64,000 nt of DNA from an uncultured Bacteroidales bacterium (GCA_963782945.1 CAWALO010000021.1:75156-139155); one strand, 5' to 3'. Positions 9,368-20,440 are shown, counted from the stretch's first letter. The notes: generated by a model not told the origin, from the sequence alone. Numbers and translations are program-made.

Positions 9368-10346
9368 TTGTCGAATCTGTAGCCAGGAAGATCCATTGAT
9401 CCAGCCATCCTTTACGAAGATTGGCCTTAACCTTTTCAGGGTCAAGCCCCTTTTCATCATGCACCTCAAAATCAGTCCCGTATAAAATCCTGTCCTGGTA
9501 TTTGATCATAAAATCGCGAACTTTTTCACGGTTTCTGACGGTGTGATACAAAAGCGGGCCCATTCTTGCAGCTATATCTACCTTTAAGTTTGGAAATTCA
9601 TCCAGCCGTTCTGCAAGTTCACCGAGATTCCACTCGAGGCTTGCAAGGTGGGCTCCAATAAAATCAATCTGCGGATATCTTTTCAGAGTGGAATCCCTTG
9701 CATTGATCTGTGCATCATATGATGGTGCATCAGGATGCAGATACATATAATACTGCGGATGATCTTTAAAATAGCTTACAGCCCCCGGGTCAATCATCTC
9801 ATTCACAGGCAGCCAGCAATCCTTTGGTTCGCCAAAGTGACCCATGACAGGTATCCTGTTCTTTTCCAGGTATTCAAATACGGGAGAAAAGGCAGGATCA
9901 TCAATCATAATATATTTGTTATCCGAGTCCTTCAGGACCATTCCGATGTTTTTCCACATTTTAATGCCTGAAGCCCCTGATTCAAGGCAATACTTTACTC
10001 GTTCAACAGTTGCAGAGGCAAAACCAGCTCTGCCAAAACTGTCAACAGGAAAAGTTCCAAAAAATGCAAAATCATACGGAAAAAAACGCTTTACCGAAAC
10101 AGAGATCTTAAGTTGTTCATCAATTGAGTACTCTCCGTCCCAGTTCGGATTGAGGAGCTTCACCTTAATTGAGGATGCAAATTGCATGTATTGTGTATCC
10201 GGGGTCAGATAATGAAAATGGGCATCAATTTTAGGTGTCTTTTCAAAATCGGCAGCCGAATAATATGCAACAGGGGAACCGCAGGAATATAACAAAGCGA
10301 GCAGAATGACAGTCGCTGAGGAGATGCAGTTGATTCTGGTATTCAT
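9363..10346 (-). CDS. Amidohydrolase-2-type metal-dependent hydrolase (TIM barrel), lipoprotein; the 3' end appears frameshifted
   Basis: The track ORF begins at a TTG (10361). The ATG at 10346 (MNTRINCISSATVILLALLYSCGS, with lipobox) is more plausible. Motifs IDAHFHY (H-x-H metal site) and ILYGTDF (C-terminal Asp) are present. The ORF stops at LATDSTI*, but the family-typical tail continues in another frame (next feature). Confidence 0.7.
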   Translation of the reverse strand: MNTRINCISSATVILLALLYSCGSPVAYYSAADFEKTPKIDAHFHYLTPDTQYMQFASSIKVKLLNPNWDGEYSIDEQLKISVSVKRFFPYDFAFFGTFPVDSFGRAGFASATVERVKYCLESGASGIKMWKNIGMVLKDSDNKYIMIDDPAFSPVFEYLEKNRIPVMGHFGEPKDCWLPVNEMIDPGAVSYFKDHPQYYMYLHPDAPSYDAQINARDSTLKRYPQIDFIGAHLASLEWNLGELAERLDEFPNLKVDIAARMGPLLYHTVRNREKVRDFMIKYQDRILYGTDFEVHDEKGLDPEKVKANLRKGWLDQWIFLATDSTI

Positions 10347-10362
10347 TACTTCTTCAGGCAAA

Positions 10363-12063
10363 CTAAGGTTGTGTAGCAGGTAAATTCTCCTCTAAGGTAA
10401 AATCTATTTTTGATAAAACCACCGGATGCTTCACACTTTCAATGTCAGGAGTTATGTTAATGGAGAATGGAGGCATAATATAATAAAAAGTGGTCAATGC
10501 ATAGTTCATCCGGATTGATGCCCAGTGCCACAATTCAATATTGGAACTTATTGATCTGCTGAACGGTATAGCATCAAGCGACCTGTGGCGCATGTTTATT
10601 GTCGGCCCCCAGGACATATTGCCTGTACCAACCGGTTGGGAAATAAACGGATGGGAAAAGGGTTCCTGCCTGCCAAAAGAGTACCCATAATAATCCTCAG
10701 AGCCAGTACCGAAACTGGAAGGGAAAGTCTCCCCGTCAACAAAGATCTTTTCATCTCCCTCACCCCACCATTCATAGGTATTATTAAACAGGGTGATCTG
10801 GTCTCCTGCATAAACTCCCTTTCCCTTAATGTCAATGAAGTTAAGATCGAAAGGCGATCCTTTTGTGTCTCTGGAGTTAATATTGTAATACTCATGCCAT
10901 GAGGCCCCGAAATACATGCTCTCAGGTTTCCACTTATAATCTTCAATTCCGGCTGCTCCTCTGACAAGAATTGTATCCAGTCCATAGTTTATTAGCCTCA
11001 ATACGCAACTATCCCTGAATGGCATTACCCAGTATGATATCATCTTCCCATTAGTATCAGCCTGATTCATCCAGGTTCTATGATTAACCCTGCAATAGCC
11101 GGTCCCAAAGAATTCGCCGACTGGTGCCCAAAGAGTTCTGAATCCGTCAAAACTACCGCTTATTACTGTTGAACGCAAAGCCTGGTTCATATTGTCAGAC
11201 TGAATTTCCATTGCCAACATGTTAATGGCATAACCTTTCTCTTTTAAAACAACCGCCATGGAATCTCCGGGAGGGACAATTCCTTCAAATCCGGTCACTT
11301 TTACGAATTTATCAGGACTCATCAGTAATTTTTCTTCAGCTACAAGAAACTGATATTTTGTATTTTCAAGGGCCTGACGGGTAACAGATTTCACTTTTAC
11401 ACCTTCTGAATATGCCCTGTAACCTATGTTGTAAAATACATCAGGCCACCAATACCCTCCGGGTACAGGTGTACCTTCATTATCATATCTTTTCTCCAGT
11501 GAATCACATTCGTAGGTGATCTTGCAATGTTTTGAAAACGGAAGAGGAACATAAAAGTTATGATCATAATCCCTGCCCTCCTCGCCAAGCGGGGCTCCTT
11601 CCTGAACGGATTCTGCAAGGGGATCCCTGGCTATCTGGACTCCACTGAGCAACTCCCGTGGTATTCCTTTTATAACAGGAGTAGTATCATTGTCCATATA
11701 AACTCTGATGATTCCGTTCTGGGCTTTGTAAAAGGTCATCCACCAGCGTACAACTGCTCCCGGTCCTTCCGCATCAAACATTACAAATTCACGTCTGCCG
11801 GAATTTTCTTCAATCCTGATGAAGTGTGACATATCGTAATTGGCAAACCATCCCTCCTTTTCAGGCGAAACAGATTCCCTGTTGTAACTGCTGAACTGTT
11901 GATGAGAGTAGGTTCTTAGTGGAAAATAAGTAAGGTTTTTCCGCGTTGTCATCTCTTCCAATAACGAAACCACTGTAACTTTTTTGGTGCAGCCACAACT
12001 TAGAACAAGACCAGTTAAAATAACACATCTTATTGAGTATAATATATTTTCAGCCATTATCAT
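10363..12063 (-). CDS. DUF2961 / GH172-family glycoside hydrolase, second paralog
   Basis: 566 aa. Hallmark WGEGDEKIFVDGETFPSSFGTGSEDYYGYSF. N-terminal hydrophobic leader with Cys (VLSCGC). Confidence 0.8.
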   Translation of the reverse strand: MIMAENILYSIRCVILTGLVLSCGCTKKVTVVSLLEEMTTRKNLTYFPLRTYSHQQFSSYNRESVSPEKEGWFANYDMSHFIRIEENSGRREFVMFDAEGPGAVVRWWMTFYKAQNGIIRVYMDNDTTPVIKGIPRELLSGVQIARDPLAESVQEGAPLGEEGRDYDHNFYVPLPFSKHCKITYECDSLEKRYDNEGTPVPGGYWWPDVFYNIGYRAYSEGVKVKSVTRQALENTKYQFLVAEEKLLMSPDKFVKVTGFEGIVPPGDSMAVVLKEKGYAINMLAMEIQSDNMNQALRSTVISGSFDGFRTLWAPVGEFFGTGYCRVNHRTWMNQADTNGKMISYWVMPFRDSCVLRLINYGLDTILVRGAAGIEDYKWKPESMYFGASWHEYYNINSRDTKGSPFDLNFIDIKGKGVYAGDQITLFNNTYEWWGEGDEKIFVDGETFPSSFGTGSEDYYGYSFGRQEPFSHPFISQPVGTGNMSWGPTINMRHRSLDAIPFSRSISSNIELWHWASIRMNYALTTFYYIMPPFSINITPDIESVKHPVVLSKIDFTLEENLPATQP

Positions 12064-12067
12064 CTTA

Positions 12068-13828
12068 TTATTCCCATCCCGGATTTTGCACCAGGTTACT
12101 GTTCAATGTAATCTCGTCACTTGGAATTGGTGATAAATAATCACGGGCAGGGTTAAAACCGAAACCAGCCGGTAAATACTTTTGATAAGGATCAACTAAA
12201 CCGTTCTCATCAACGAATAGATTCTCTCCAATTATTAAACTTGGATCACCACTGCCATCAATTGCAAAATAGGTATCTTCAAGGTTTGAACCAATATACT
12301 TTACTCCTTTAAGCCTTTTGTTAGTAATTAAATTATGGGCTCTCCAGCGAGCCACGTCATCCCACCTGACATCTTCGAACGCCAGTTCAATACGTCTTTC
12401 ACGTCTTATCTCATTTATGATAGGGGTCAGATTTGGAAAATCCCAATCCGGATCACTTGTTATGTTGTTCAGGTCCAGATGTATCATTCCGACACGATCA
12501 CGCAATTTGTTGACAGTTTTGTCTATATCAACCTGTGTAATTGTTCCGAGTTCGGCGACTGACTCTGCATAAATGAGCAATGCCTCGGCATAACGGAATA
12601 TGATAGACCCCATCCAGCCTGCTGCCTCTTGCTGTGAGTACTCCGTATTTACTCCTTTGTAGAGGCAGTACCCTGTTGTAGCCCGCCATTGTCCAACCTG
12701 GTCAAGTGGTGGTTTATCAAATACCAGATCCGGTGCATTTTCCGGCCGGTTTATTGATCTGAGGTCACCAGGCAGAAAAATTGTCTGGGCAAACCGCGGA
12801 TCACGATTCTGAGCCTCAAGGGATAGTGAATCATAACCCAAAAATAGAGGACTTACAGATATTGGCAGCCCATCTTTGCATAAATAACTGTCAGCGAAGG
12901 TTTTCGTTATTCCTATATCCCCACCCGCATTTGGCAGGTATTGACCTAAATAATGTGTGATTTCGAGCCCTATATCATATTTCTTCCACAATAAGACCTC
13001 AGGATTACCGGTATAATCCAGCTGGTTAAAAAGAGACCAGTATTCTTCTCCCTGCTGACCCTGGTAAAGGCTAAGTGTCTCCATCTGCATCAGTCGGTCT
13101 GCTGTTTCAGCTGCCATTTGAAGATATTCAGAACCATCCTCACCAGCCACTCCGAAAGGCGTTCCCTGATGGTATTTTTCCCAGGTACCCTCATACAGGC
13201 AGACTCTGGCTTTTAATAGAATTGCAGTCTCTTTATTTATACGGAATGGCTCGGTACTGCTGATATCATTCAAGTTGGCGATTGCAAAATCAAGACAGGC
13301 GATGATTGAATCCGTAACTACCTTTCTGGAATCCCGGGGAGCAAATAGTTCAGGGGAATCAGTTGTGAGTGCTCTGTTGAACCATGGTACATCACCAAAA
13401 GTTTTTAGCTTGTCAAAATAGAGAAATGCTTTAAAAAATTTGACTTCCGCGATATAAGTTTTGCCATTCAGTGTATCTTCCAGGTTTTCATAACAATGAT
13501 CAAAAAAGTAATTTGCCTCACGGATAGTGCTCCAGTCCCAACCTCCTCCGGTTGAAGGTATCGTTCTTATGCCTGATAAGCGCTTATCAGGAACTGCAGG
13601 GACCATATTATCGCTGTTCTGCTCAGCCCAGAAGGTACCTCCCCCATAGCCACTGTGAGAAGGCAATAAAGTATAGAAACTATTGGCATATAATTTCAGA
13701 TCATTTGCTGTTCTGAAGTACTCCTGTGGAGATAATTCATCAAGCGGATATCTTTCGAGAAAATCCTCCGAACATGACCAGAAGAGCATAAGCCAGCAAA
13801 TTAGCGGTATTGATATAAATTTTTTCAT
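12068..13828 (-). CDS. SusD/RagB-family outer-membrane nutrient-binding lipoprotein
   Basis: 586 aa. Leader ...LMLFWSCSEDFLERYPLDELSPQEYF is the classic SusD N-terminus. It lies immediately downstream of the SusC-like gene. Confidence 0.9.
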   Translation of the reverse strand: MKKFISIPLICWLMLFWSCSEDFLERYPLDELSPQEYFRTANDLKLYANSFYTLLPSHSGYGGGTFWAEQNSDNMVPAVPDKRLSGIRTIPSTGGGWDWSTIREANYFFDHCYENLEDTLNGKTYIAEVKFFKAFLYFDKLKTFGDVPWFNRALTTDSPELFAPRDSRKVVTDSIIACLDFAIANLNDISSTEPFRINKETAILLKARVCLYEGTWEKYHQGTPFGVAGEDGSEYLQMAAETADRLMQMETLSLYQGQQGEEYWSLFNQLDYTGNPEVLLWKKYDIGLEITHYLGQYLPNAGGDIGITKTFADSYLCKDGLPISVSPLFLGYDSLSLEAQNRDPRFAQTIFLPGDLRSINRPENAPDLVFDKPPLDQVGQWRATTGYCLYKGVNTEYSQQEAAGWMGSIIFRYAEALLIYAESVAELGTITQVDIDKTVNKLRDRVGMIHLDLNNITSDPDWDFPNLTPIINEIRRERRIELAFEDVRWDDVARWRAHNLITNKRLKGVKYIGSNLEDTYFAIDGSGDPSLIIGENLFVDENGLVDPYQKYLPAGFGFNPARDYLSPIPSDEITLNSNLVQNPGWE

Positions 13829-13847
13829 TGTATTTTCATTTATTTGA

Positions 13848-16800
13848 TTAAAATGTTACATTCAGACCAGCTGAGAGCAATTTTTGCAATGGATATTGAG
13901 TACCACTGCCATATTGCCCGCCTGTAACTTCCGGATCGAAAATTGTAATCAGCTTAGTAAAAGTCAGAAGGTTCTCTCCCGAAACATACACCCTCAATTT
14001 ATTTATTCTCACTCTTTGAGTCAGGGTTTCAGGAAGTGTATAACCTAACTGCAATGATTTCATTCGTAAATATGCCCCGTTTTGAATGTAACGTGTCTGA
14101 GTCTGCTGGTTTTTACGTTCCCATTTTTCAAAATAGGGTCGGGCCCAATATGCATCAGTATTTTCTTCAGTCCAGTAATCCATATGCTCCTGGAGACCAA
14201 TATTCCACCATTTATTTCCTACTATACCCCAGAATAGTGATCCGTCCAAAGCCAGGTCGCGTTTTGCAACACCCTGCCAGAGCATATTTAAATCAAATCC
14301 CTTCCAGTATGTGCTAAATACACCACTAAATGTAAACCGGGGTGTTGAGTTGCCTATTATTGACTTATCCCCCGGATCGTTCACTGTATTAGTACCTACA
14401 TCTATTTTGCCGTCACCATTGATATCTGAATAATTGATATCACCTGCCCTCCATAACTCAGGAGATAAATAGGACTGATCATGTGACGGGTCCTGTGCCT
14501 GTCCATCCGATACAAATAAGCCTTCGGTTGTGTACCCCCATATTTCACCAAGCCTGGCTCCCTCATAGAATGCTCCACTAAGCAACTTCTGAGGATTATA
14601 ATAACTTGTGATTGTTGAAACAGCGTCAGCAAGCATGAATTTTGCCGAATAGGAAAAATCATCGATCACATCCCTCCATTCTACAACAAACTCAAATCCG
14701 TTTGTCCTGAGTGATGCATTATTTGATTTTGGTACATCTGTTCCGAGCACAGTAGGGTAAGATTCAGCAGGTCCGAGCATATCGGAAGTATTCCGGATAA
14801 AATAGTCAAAAGAAACATTTAACCTGTTTTTCATAAAACCCGCGTCAAACCCTATATTGGAAGTCCTTACTTTCTCCCAGGTTATTCCCGGACTTATGAG
14901 TCCTGCCATATTCACATAATTCGGACGTGCATCTCCAAAAATATAGGGCAGATTTGTCCCTAGTGGCAACCGCTCCACATAGAGGTAATTTTCCACATCC
15001 TGATTACCCAGGGAGCCATAGGAGAGCCTCAATTTAAACATATTGATAACATCCTGAAAAGGTTGCCAGAAGTTTTCTCTCGAAATGACATAGGCTGCAG
15101 ATCCGGAGGGAAACAGACCCCAGCGATAGTCCTCAGGGAACTTGGAGGAACCATCATATCGTGCTGAAAATTCAAAAAGGTATTTATCAAGAAGGCTGTA
15201 ATTTATACGACCAAAAAAACTTCTGGTAGCCGAATGGCCCATTCCCCCATCATTCTCTTGTCGTCCGGTAGCAGTTGGCAGGGAGGGTATGTCATCGCTT
15301 ACCAGGTCATATCTTTTTGCCAGTACCCAATTGTACTTGTATAATTCCTGTTCATAGCCAGCCATTACAGTAAAATCAGAAATTCCAAATTTTTTATGAT
15401 AAGTAGAATATATGTTAGGCGAATTATAGGAGCTCTCATATGATGCTGATGTAAAACTATTGGTACCAGGAGGCAACAGGTGATATAATCCATAAGCATC
15501 TGTTCCATAGACTTTGGCCTGATGTTCAGTATAACCGGATGGATTCATTTTCCAACGATAATTTGTATAAATGATCCAATCCTTTACCGGCTCAATTTCA
15601 AGTCCTGGTACAATGACGTATTCATTTTGATTTTCATAATACATGCCACCCTTCTCCAGCCATATCTGAGTAGCCTCTCCTGCCAAATTGCCATCGGGAT
15701 AATAAGGTGCGTTAGTCGGCCACTGCCTGGCAAGATTATAGTAAAACTGACCTTTGTCATAACTCGGACGACTGATATTGGTCCTGCTGAATTTACTTGA
15801 GAAATTAAATCTTAACCAATCCTTGATTTTTGTATTCAACTTCACATTTATTGTTTTCCTGGTATGACTATCACTACCATATTTCAGCAATCCGTCCTGG
15901 TTAAATAATGAACCTGAGATATAGAATTGTGTTCTTGTATCTCCCCCGCTTACGCTTAAATTATGCGTATTATTTGGAGCCCATGTTTTATATGATTCCT
16001 TGTACCAGTCAGTATTGGCCCAGGAACCATTATAACTGAGCCAGTATTGCGGGTTCCATGGAAATGGCATGGTCCAGTAATCAATCTCCCCGGCTTGATA
16101 TTGCTTCATATAATCTATGATTACCGGGACAAACTGATCCGCAACTCCCGAATTTGAACTGGCATCATTAAAATATTTAGCAAAATCCAATGAATTTAAA
16201 GAATGAGGAACAATTGTCGGAGAAGCAAAAGAATAATTGCTTGAATAATTTACTGAGATGCCATCAGTTTTTCCCTTTTTAGTTGTTACGAGTATAACTC
16301 CAAAAGCTGCACGGGCACCATAAATTGCAGATGCAGCAGCATCTTTCAGTACTGTAATACTTTCAATATCATCAGGATTTATTTTATTTATATCCTGTTC
16401 TATACCATCAACCAGCACATATGGAGACCCCCCGTTTATAGATCCCATCCCCCGGATATCCATATTCATTTTACCTCCAACCTCTCCGCCATCATTTCCA
16501 ACAGTGATATTCAGGTTAGGTGAGAGACCCTGGAGAACCTGGGTAACATTAGCTACAGGCCGGTTGACGAGCTCTTTTGACGAGACAACATCAACTGCAC
16601 CAGAAAGATTTACCTTTTTCTGTGTACCGTATCCTATTACAACTACCTCTTCCATAGTCTGAAAATCAGGAATCATAGTAATGTCCGCAATGAGGATGCC
16701 CTTTATTTCCACAATCTGGGTCTTAAAGCCCATAAATGAGAAGAGAAGCTTCTGACTCTCACTGGTGGATTCAATGGTGTATTTACCATTGGAATCGGAG

Positions 16801-17021
16801 AGGGTGCCAATTGTGGTACCTTCAATCATTATTGTCGCACCCGGCAATGGCTTCCCGTTTTCGTCCGTTATTGTACCCGTAATTTTTTTCTTTTGTTGTG
16901 TCGTCTCAGCAGCAGAGGCAGATCCCATGCAAAACATACCCAGAAGTAAAACGAGCCGCATAATTATGGAACCATACCGAAGCCAAATGTTGAATTTCCT
17001 TTCTCTAAATAGTTTTTTCAT
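13848..17021 (-). CDS. SusC/RagA-family TonB-dependent outer-membrane transporter
   Basis: 1057 aa. Carboxypeptidase-regulatory-like domain KITGTITDENGKPLPGATIMIEGTTIGTLSDSNGKYTIE. Plug region IESITVLKDAAASAIYGARAA. C-terminal beta-barrel ends in ...LSAGLNVTF. No N-terminal STN (anti-sigma) extension is recognisable. Confidence 0.92.
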   Translation of the reverse strand: MKKLFRERKFNIWLRYGSIIMRLVLLLGMFCMGSASAAETTQQKKKITGTITDENGKPLPGATIMIEGTTIGTLSDSNGKYTIESTSESQKLLFSFMGFKTQIVEIKGILIADITMIPDFQTMEEVVVIGYGTQKKVNLSGAVDVVSSKELVNRPVANVTQVLQGLSPNLNITVGNDGGEVGGKMNMDIRGMGSINGGSPYVLVDGIEQDINKINPDDIESITVLKDAAASAIYGARAAFGVILVTTKKGKTDGISVNYSSNYSFASPTIVPHSLNSLDFAKYFNDASSNSGVADQFVPVIIDYMKQYQAGEIDYWTMPFPWNPQYWLSYNGSWANTDWYKESYKTWAPNNTHNLSVSGGDTRTQFYISGSLFNQDGLLKYGSDSHTRKTINVKLNTKIKDWLRFNFSSKFSRTNISRPSYDKGQFYYNLARQWPTNAPYYPDGNLAGEATQIWLEKGGMYYENQNEYVIVPGLEIEPVKDWIIYTNYRWKMNPSGYTEHQAKVYGTDAYGLYHLLPPGTNSFTSASYESSYNSPNIYSTYHKKFGISDFTVMAGYEQELYKYNWVLAKRYDLVSDDIPSLPTATGRQENDGGMGHSATRSFFGRINYSLLDKYLFEFSARYDGSSKFPEDYRWGLFPSGSAAYVISRENFWQPFQDVINMFKLRLSYGSLGNQDVENYLYVERLPLGTNLPYIFGDARPNYVNMAGLISPGITWEKVRTSNIGFDAGFMKNRLNVSFDYFIRNTSDMLGPAESYPTVLGTDVPKSNNASLRTNGFEFVVEWRDVIDDFSYSAKFMLADAVSTITSYYNPQKLLSGAFYEGARLGEIWGYTTEGLFVSDGQAQDPSHDQSYLSPELWRAGDINYSDINGDGKIDVGTNTVNDPGDKSIIGNSTPRFTFSGVFSTYWKGFDLNMLWQGVAKRDLALDGSLFWGIVGNKWWNIGLQEHMDYWTEENTDAYWARPYFEKWERKNQQTQTRYIQNGAYLRMKSLQLGYTLPETLTQRVRINKLRVYVSGENLLTFTKLITIFDPEVTGGQYGSGTQYPLQKLLSAGLNVTF

Positions 17022-17033
17022 GGTTATAAGTGA

Positions 17034-19178
17034 TTAGTATTGCAGTTTCCCTTTGTTTAGATATTCTTGCTTTTCAAGATACCGAAGAATCTCATCCTTC
17101 TCCAGCAAAGCAGGCCTTAACTTTTTATCTGACAACATTTTAAGCTGATCTCCGATATGCTTGTTCCCGGGTTGAGTGGCATTTCCATAACTGAGAAGCA
17201 CACTGGCCTTAACTTTGTCCCCAAACTCAGTTACTGCGATATATGTGTCGCCCGCTACAGCATGTTTTTTATTGTCTTTATCATCAGCAAAATACATTGT
17301 CCTGAAAACTCCTAAATTGTCTGGTCCTCCATTTCCGGGATAATCATATTTACCAATACTGAAGCGATTTACCTCACCCCATGCTATATCAGGTGAGCCA
17401 TATTTCTCTTTTACAGTTTTGGAAGCTTTAACCAATAATTCAACAGCCTTTTTATTGTCTTTCAAACCTGATGGAGTAGTCACAGGATTATCTTTATTCC
17501 ACTGGATCTCGAACATATCGTTTCTTATTTCATTCCACCAGGCTGCAAACAGCACTGCTCCACTGCTGCTGGCATCGGTTTTCCTGTCCCAGCCTTTAAG
17601 TACGGATGCTGCCTCCAAAGCTTCCTGTGAGGGAAAATCTTCAACAGCAGAAAGAAGATCGTCAAGAAAGCGGTCCGCTGCCTCCATTCCGGTATTAAGT
17701 TTATACTCCACCAGCTGATCAAAGGAGATTGAAGGATTGTCCTTTATGAGATTTATGGCCCGCTGGGCTCTCCAGTATGTACCCAGCGGTGACATATATG
17801 CAGGGAATCCGGAAGGTTCCAAAACCGGCGGATATGTACATACCCATGGAGCATCATTGCAGTTCTGAAGAAAACCGGCAGGCGGATTCAGCACCCTTGG
17901 AAGCTCTTCGTATTTATGGAACTGCTGCCATATTAATTTAGAATCGGAGCCGTCAATTGTGCCATGCCAGAATGCAAAATCACCCTCATCCCTTTCTGGT
18001 ACATTGCCACCAAACAGATATAAAATATTGCCCGATTTATCAGCGTACATAACATTGAACATCGGATTCTGAAGCAGCCTGAGTGCTGACTCGAACTCAT
18101 TCAGATTACTTGCTCCGGCCATTTTGTGATATTGCTCAATAATGCCGGCATTCTTCATTCCGGCTATCCTGACCGCATAGGCTTTATTGCCTTTCTCTCC
18201 TGTAACCGGACCATGCTTTGAATACTTAAACTCCAGCTTTTGTTCCTGCAGAGTGCCATCATCCTGCTTTATTTTTATCGTAACATCTCTTTTATCGAAT
18301 AGTTCTGTCTTCCCGTCAAGCAGATATCCGTCTCCCTTTAAAGAAAGCTCGTACCTGTCTGATGCATCTATTGTATTGACAGTATGTGTCCAGCCAAGAT
18401 TATTGTTGAAAGCAATTGTAAGAACAGGCATACCAACGAGTGCAACGCCATAAGTATGAATATCCTGAGAATTCAGATGAGCTTCAAACCAGAGAAAAAA
18501 ATCATTCCAGGGAAGATGCGGATTGGAGATCAGCATAGCCTTTCCTGACTGTGATTTGGAAGGAGCAATAGCCATGGAATTAGACCCTGGGGCGGTTAAT
18601 CTTTTCACGCTGTAAAGATCTTCAGCTGCAAGAAACTCAAGATTTATAACCCTGATTGTATGAGAGAGAATATCCTCGCCTGTTACAGGTAAAACCTGCC
18701 TGAAATCTTTACCGATGGCTTCGGGGTGAGCTTCTGCATAATCATTCATCCCTTTAATAAAGGCATCCAGGTAAGATTTATATTCCTTATCCTGATGCAA
18801 ATAACTCTCCCTGGCAAGCCCCGGAAGGTCAAAAAGCAGAATCTGTCTGTCTGATTCAATATAATCTTTCCCAAAGTATTCTGCAGCCCTGCCTCTGGCC
18901 TGCGCATAAAGCTTTAATATCAGGTCGGCATGACAATTCATTTGTGCCCATCCGAATGCATAATACATCTCCTGATTATCTTTTCCATAGATATGAGGAA
19001 CTCCATAGTTGTCCCATAAAATTTCAGGACCAGAATTTCCGGAATTATTACACGATCCTGAAATCGAAATTGCCAGAAGAAAAATAAGGCATAATTTCAG
19101 CCATAAACCGGGGAGGCAGGCAGATGACAGGCACTTTGTTTCTTTATTGATCTCTTTCATTTTTCCTGCCATTTTCAT
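17034..19178 (-). CDS. Penicillin/AHL-acylase family (peptidase S45, Ntn hydrolase), exported
   Basis: 714 aa. ILWDNYGVPHIYGKDNQEMYYAFGWAQ is the conserved alpha-subunit start. GSNSMAIAP carries the expected nucleophile Ser of the beta-subunit. The track ORF starts at 19178, which overlaps the upstream gene stop by 4 nt (19175..19178). Confidence 0.8.
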   Translation of the reverse strand: MKMAGKMKEINKETKCLSSACLPGLWLKLCLIFLLAISISGSCNNSGNSGPEILWDNYGVPHIYGKDNQEMYYAFGWAQMNCHADLILKLYAQARGRAAEYFGKDYIESDRQILLFDLPGLARESYLHQDKEYKSYLDAFIKGMNDYAEAHPEAIGKDFRQVLPVTGEDILSHTIRVINLEFLAAEDLYSVKRLTAPGSNSMAIAPSKSQSGKAMLISNPHLPWNDFFLWFEAHLNSQDIHTYGVALVGMPVLTIAFNNNLGWTHTVNTIDASDRYELSLKGDGYLLDGKTELFDKRDVTIKIKQDDGTLQEQKLEFKYSKHGPVTGEKGNKAYAVRIAGMKNAGIIEQYHKMAGASNLNEFESALRLLQNPMFNVMYADKSGNILYLFGGNVPERDEGDFAFWHGTIDGSDSKLIWQQFHKYEELPRVLNPPAGFLQNCNDAPWVCTYPPVLEPSGFPAYMSPLGTYWRAQRAINLIKDNPSISFDQLVEYKLNTGMEAADRFLDDLLSAVEDFPSQEALEAASVLKGWDRKTDASSSGAVLFAAWWNEIRNDMFEIQWNKDNPVTTPSGLKDNKKAVELLVKASKTVKEKYGSPDIAWGEVNRFSIGKYDYPGNGGPDNLGVFRTMYFADDKDNKKHAVAGDTYIAVTEFGDKVKASVLLSYGNATQPGNKHIGDQLKMLSDKKLRPALLEKDEILRYLEKQEYLNKGKLQY

Positions 19179-20440
19179 TTAAAAGTCGTAATTATCTCTT
19201 CCAGATTTTGACCAAAGAGCTTTTCTGTTATCTTACTTAGATTCTCCTTGTTTCCGGTGATATGAAAGATCCTCTGCGAATGCGTAATACTGCTGCCTGC
19301 TGTAAGCATTGCCACAGGGGAGGAACTTTCTATTTCATAAAAAGGACCCATAATACTGCCATCAGCAACGGGACCATCATTATATGAGTTTACGACATCT
19401 CCCTTAAAAGGGAAAGCCTGATCGCCCCACTTGCTGTTAACATACCTGGATGGTTTATCAGGCGCTGAATACCAGAGCAGCGTTAATACCTGTTTTTCAG
19501 GATCATAACTCCCGCAGTATGGTAAGGCACGCTGGGGAGAGATTCCGATCTTGCTCCTGTGTTTTCCATCGGTCTTAAAGAAAATTATCCCGTCTTTCAC
19601 AATGAGCCTGTCGGGTGGAACTTTTCCAAAATAATCATCACTGACAATCGGGCCCGATTCTTCTACACTTCCCTCCTTATAGGGGATGAAGACTACACCA
19701 CCGGGTGATGGATTAAACATTGCAAGCATCCAGACAGACAAAGCACCGGACTGTTCTGTCCAGTCGTTCTGACCTCTGTTTTTTAAAATGTTCTCAGATT
19801 CATAACCGACAAATGCAAGAGATGTATCAATTTTTAATCCCAGCGCAAGTTCCGTCTCTGCTGCGTTCAGTAATTTTACACTTCTCTCAATACCTATTGT
19901 CAGTTTTGTTCCTGAAGCATTGGTCAGTTCAAAATTCCTCCTGAAACTTACTTTGTTCTGTGATTTGGATACCACCTCAAACGATTCTGTATCAATCTCT
20001 TTAGGAACCACCCAGTTGGAAAAAACCTGTTCGCTCCCACTTTTAAAATAAATGGAAAAGGGGCCCCCTTCAGGACCCAGCCAGAGTCTCTCTTCTCCTC
20101 CAAAGGGATTAAACTGATTGCTGACTTTCCCCGATTCAATAAACTTGTAATTGATCCATCCGAAACTGGCGCCGCCAGCTCCATCCACAGTGCTTGTCAT
20201 AACACGTCCCTGATACCCGGGAACGATCAGCAGGCAAGCCTTTGACTGATCATCTTTTAATTCAATTGTTTCAATCTTTTTTTCATGGAAAAATGCTACA
20301 TCATAGCCATATTTTCCTTTGGGAATACTGTTTTTCATCTCTTTGGGATCTTTATTCACTGATGATGAACAGCCAATCAGAAAAACGAGCAGCATTGCTG
20401 CAGCTATATGTTTTAACTCTAATTTGTTTGGTTTTTTCAT
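19175..20440 (-). CDS. Hypothetical lipoprotein, first gene of the SusC/D operon
   Basis: 421 aa. Lipobox LVFLIGCSSS. No family recognised with confidence (NPFGGEERLWLGPEGGPFS block noted). Supported by length and by its 3' end overlapping the track start of the acylase ORF by 4 nt (19175..19178). Confidence 0.6.
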   Translation of the reverse strand: MKKPNKLELKHIAAAMLLVFLIGCSSSVNKDPKEMKNSIPKGKYGYDVAFFHEKKIETIELKDDQSKACLLIVPGYQGRVMTSTVDGAGGASFGWINYKFIESGKVSNQFNPFGGEERLWLGPEGGPFSIYFKSGSEQVFSNWVVPKEIDTESFEVVSKSQNKVSFRRNFELTNASGTKLTIGIERSVKLLNAAETELALGLKIDTSLAFVGYESENILKNRGQNDWTEQSGALSVWMLAMFNPSPGGVVFIPYKEGSVEESGPIVSDDYFGKVPPDRLIVKDGIIFFKTDGKHRSKIGISPQRALPYCGSYDPEKQVLTLLWYSAPDKPSRYVNSKWGDQAFPFKGDVVNSYNDGPVADGSIMGPFYEIESSSPVAMLTAGSSITHSQRIFHITGNKENLSKITEKLFGQNLEEIITTFK

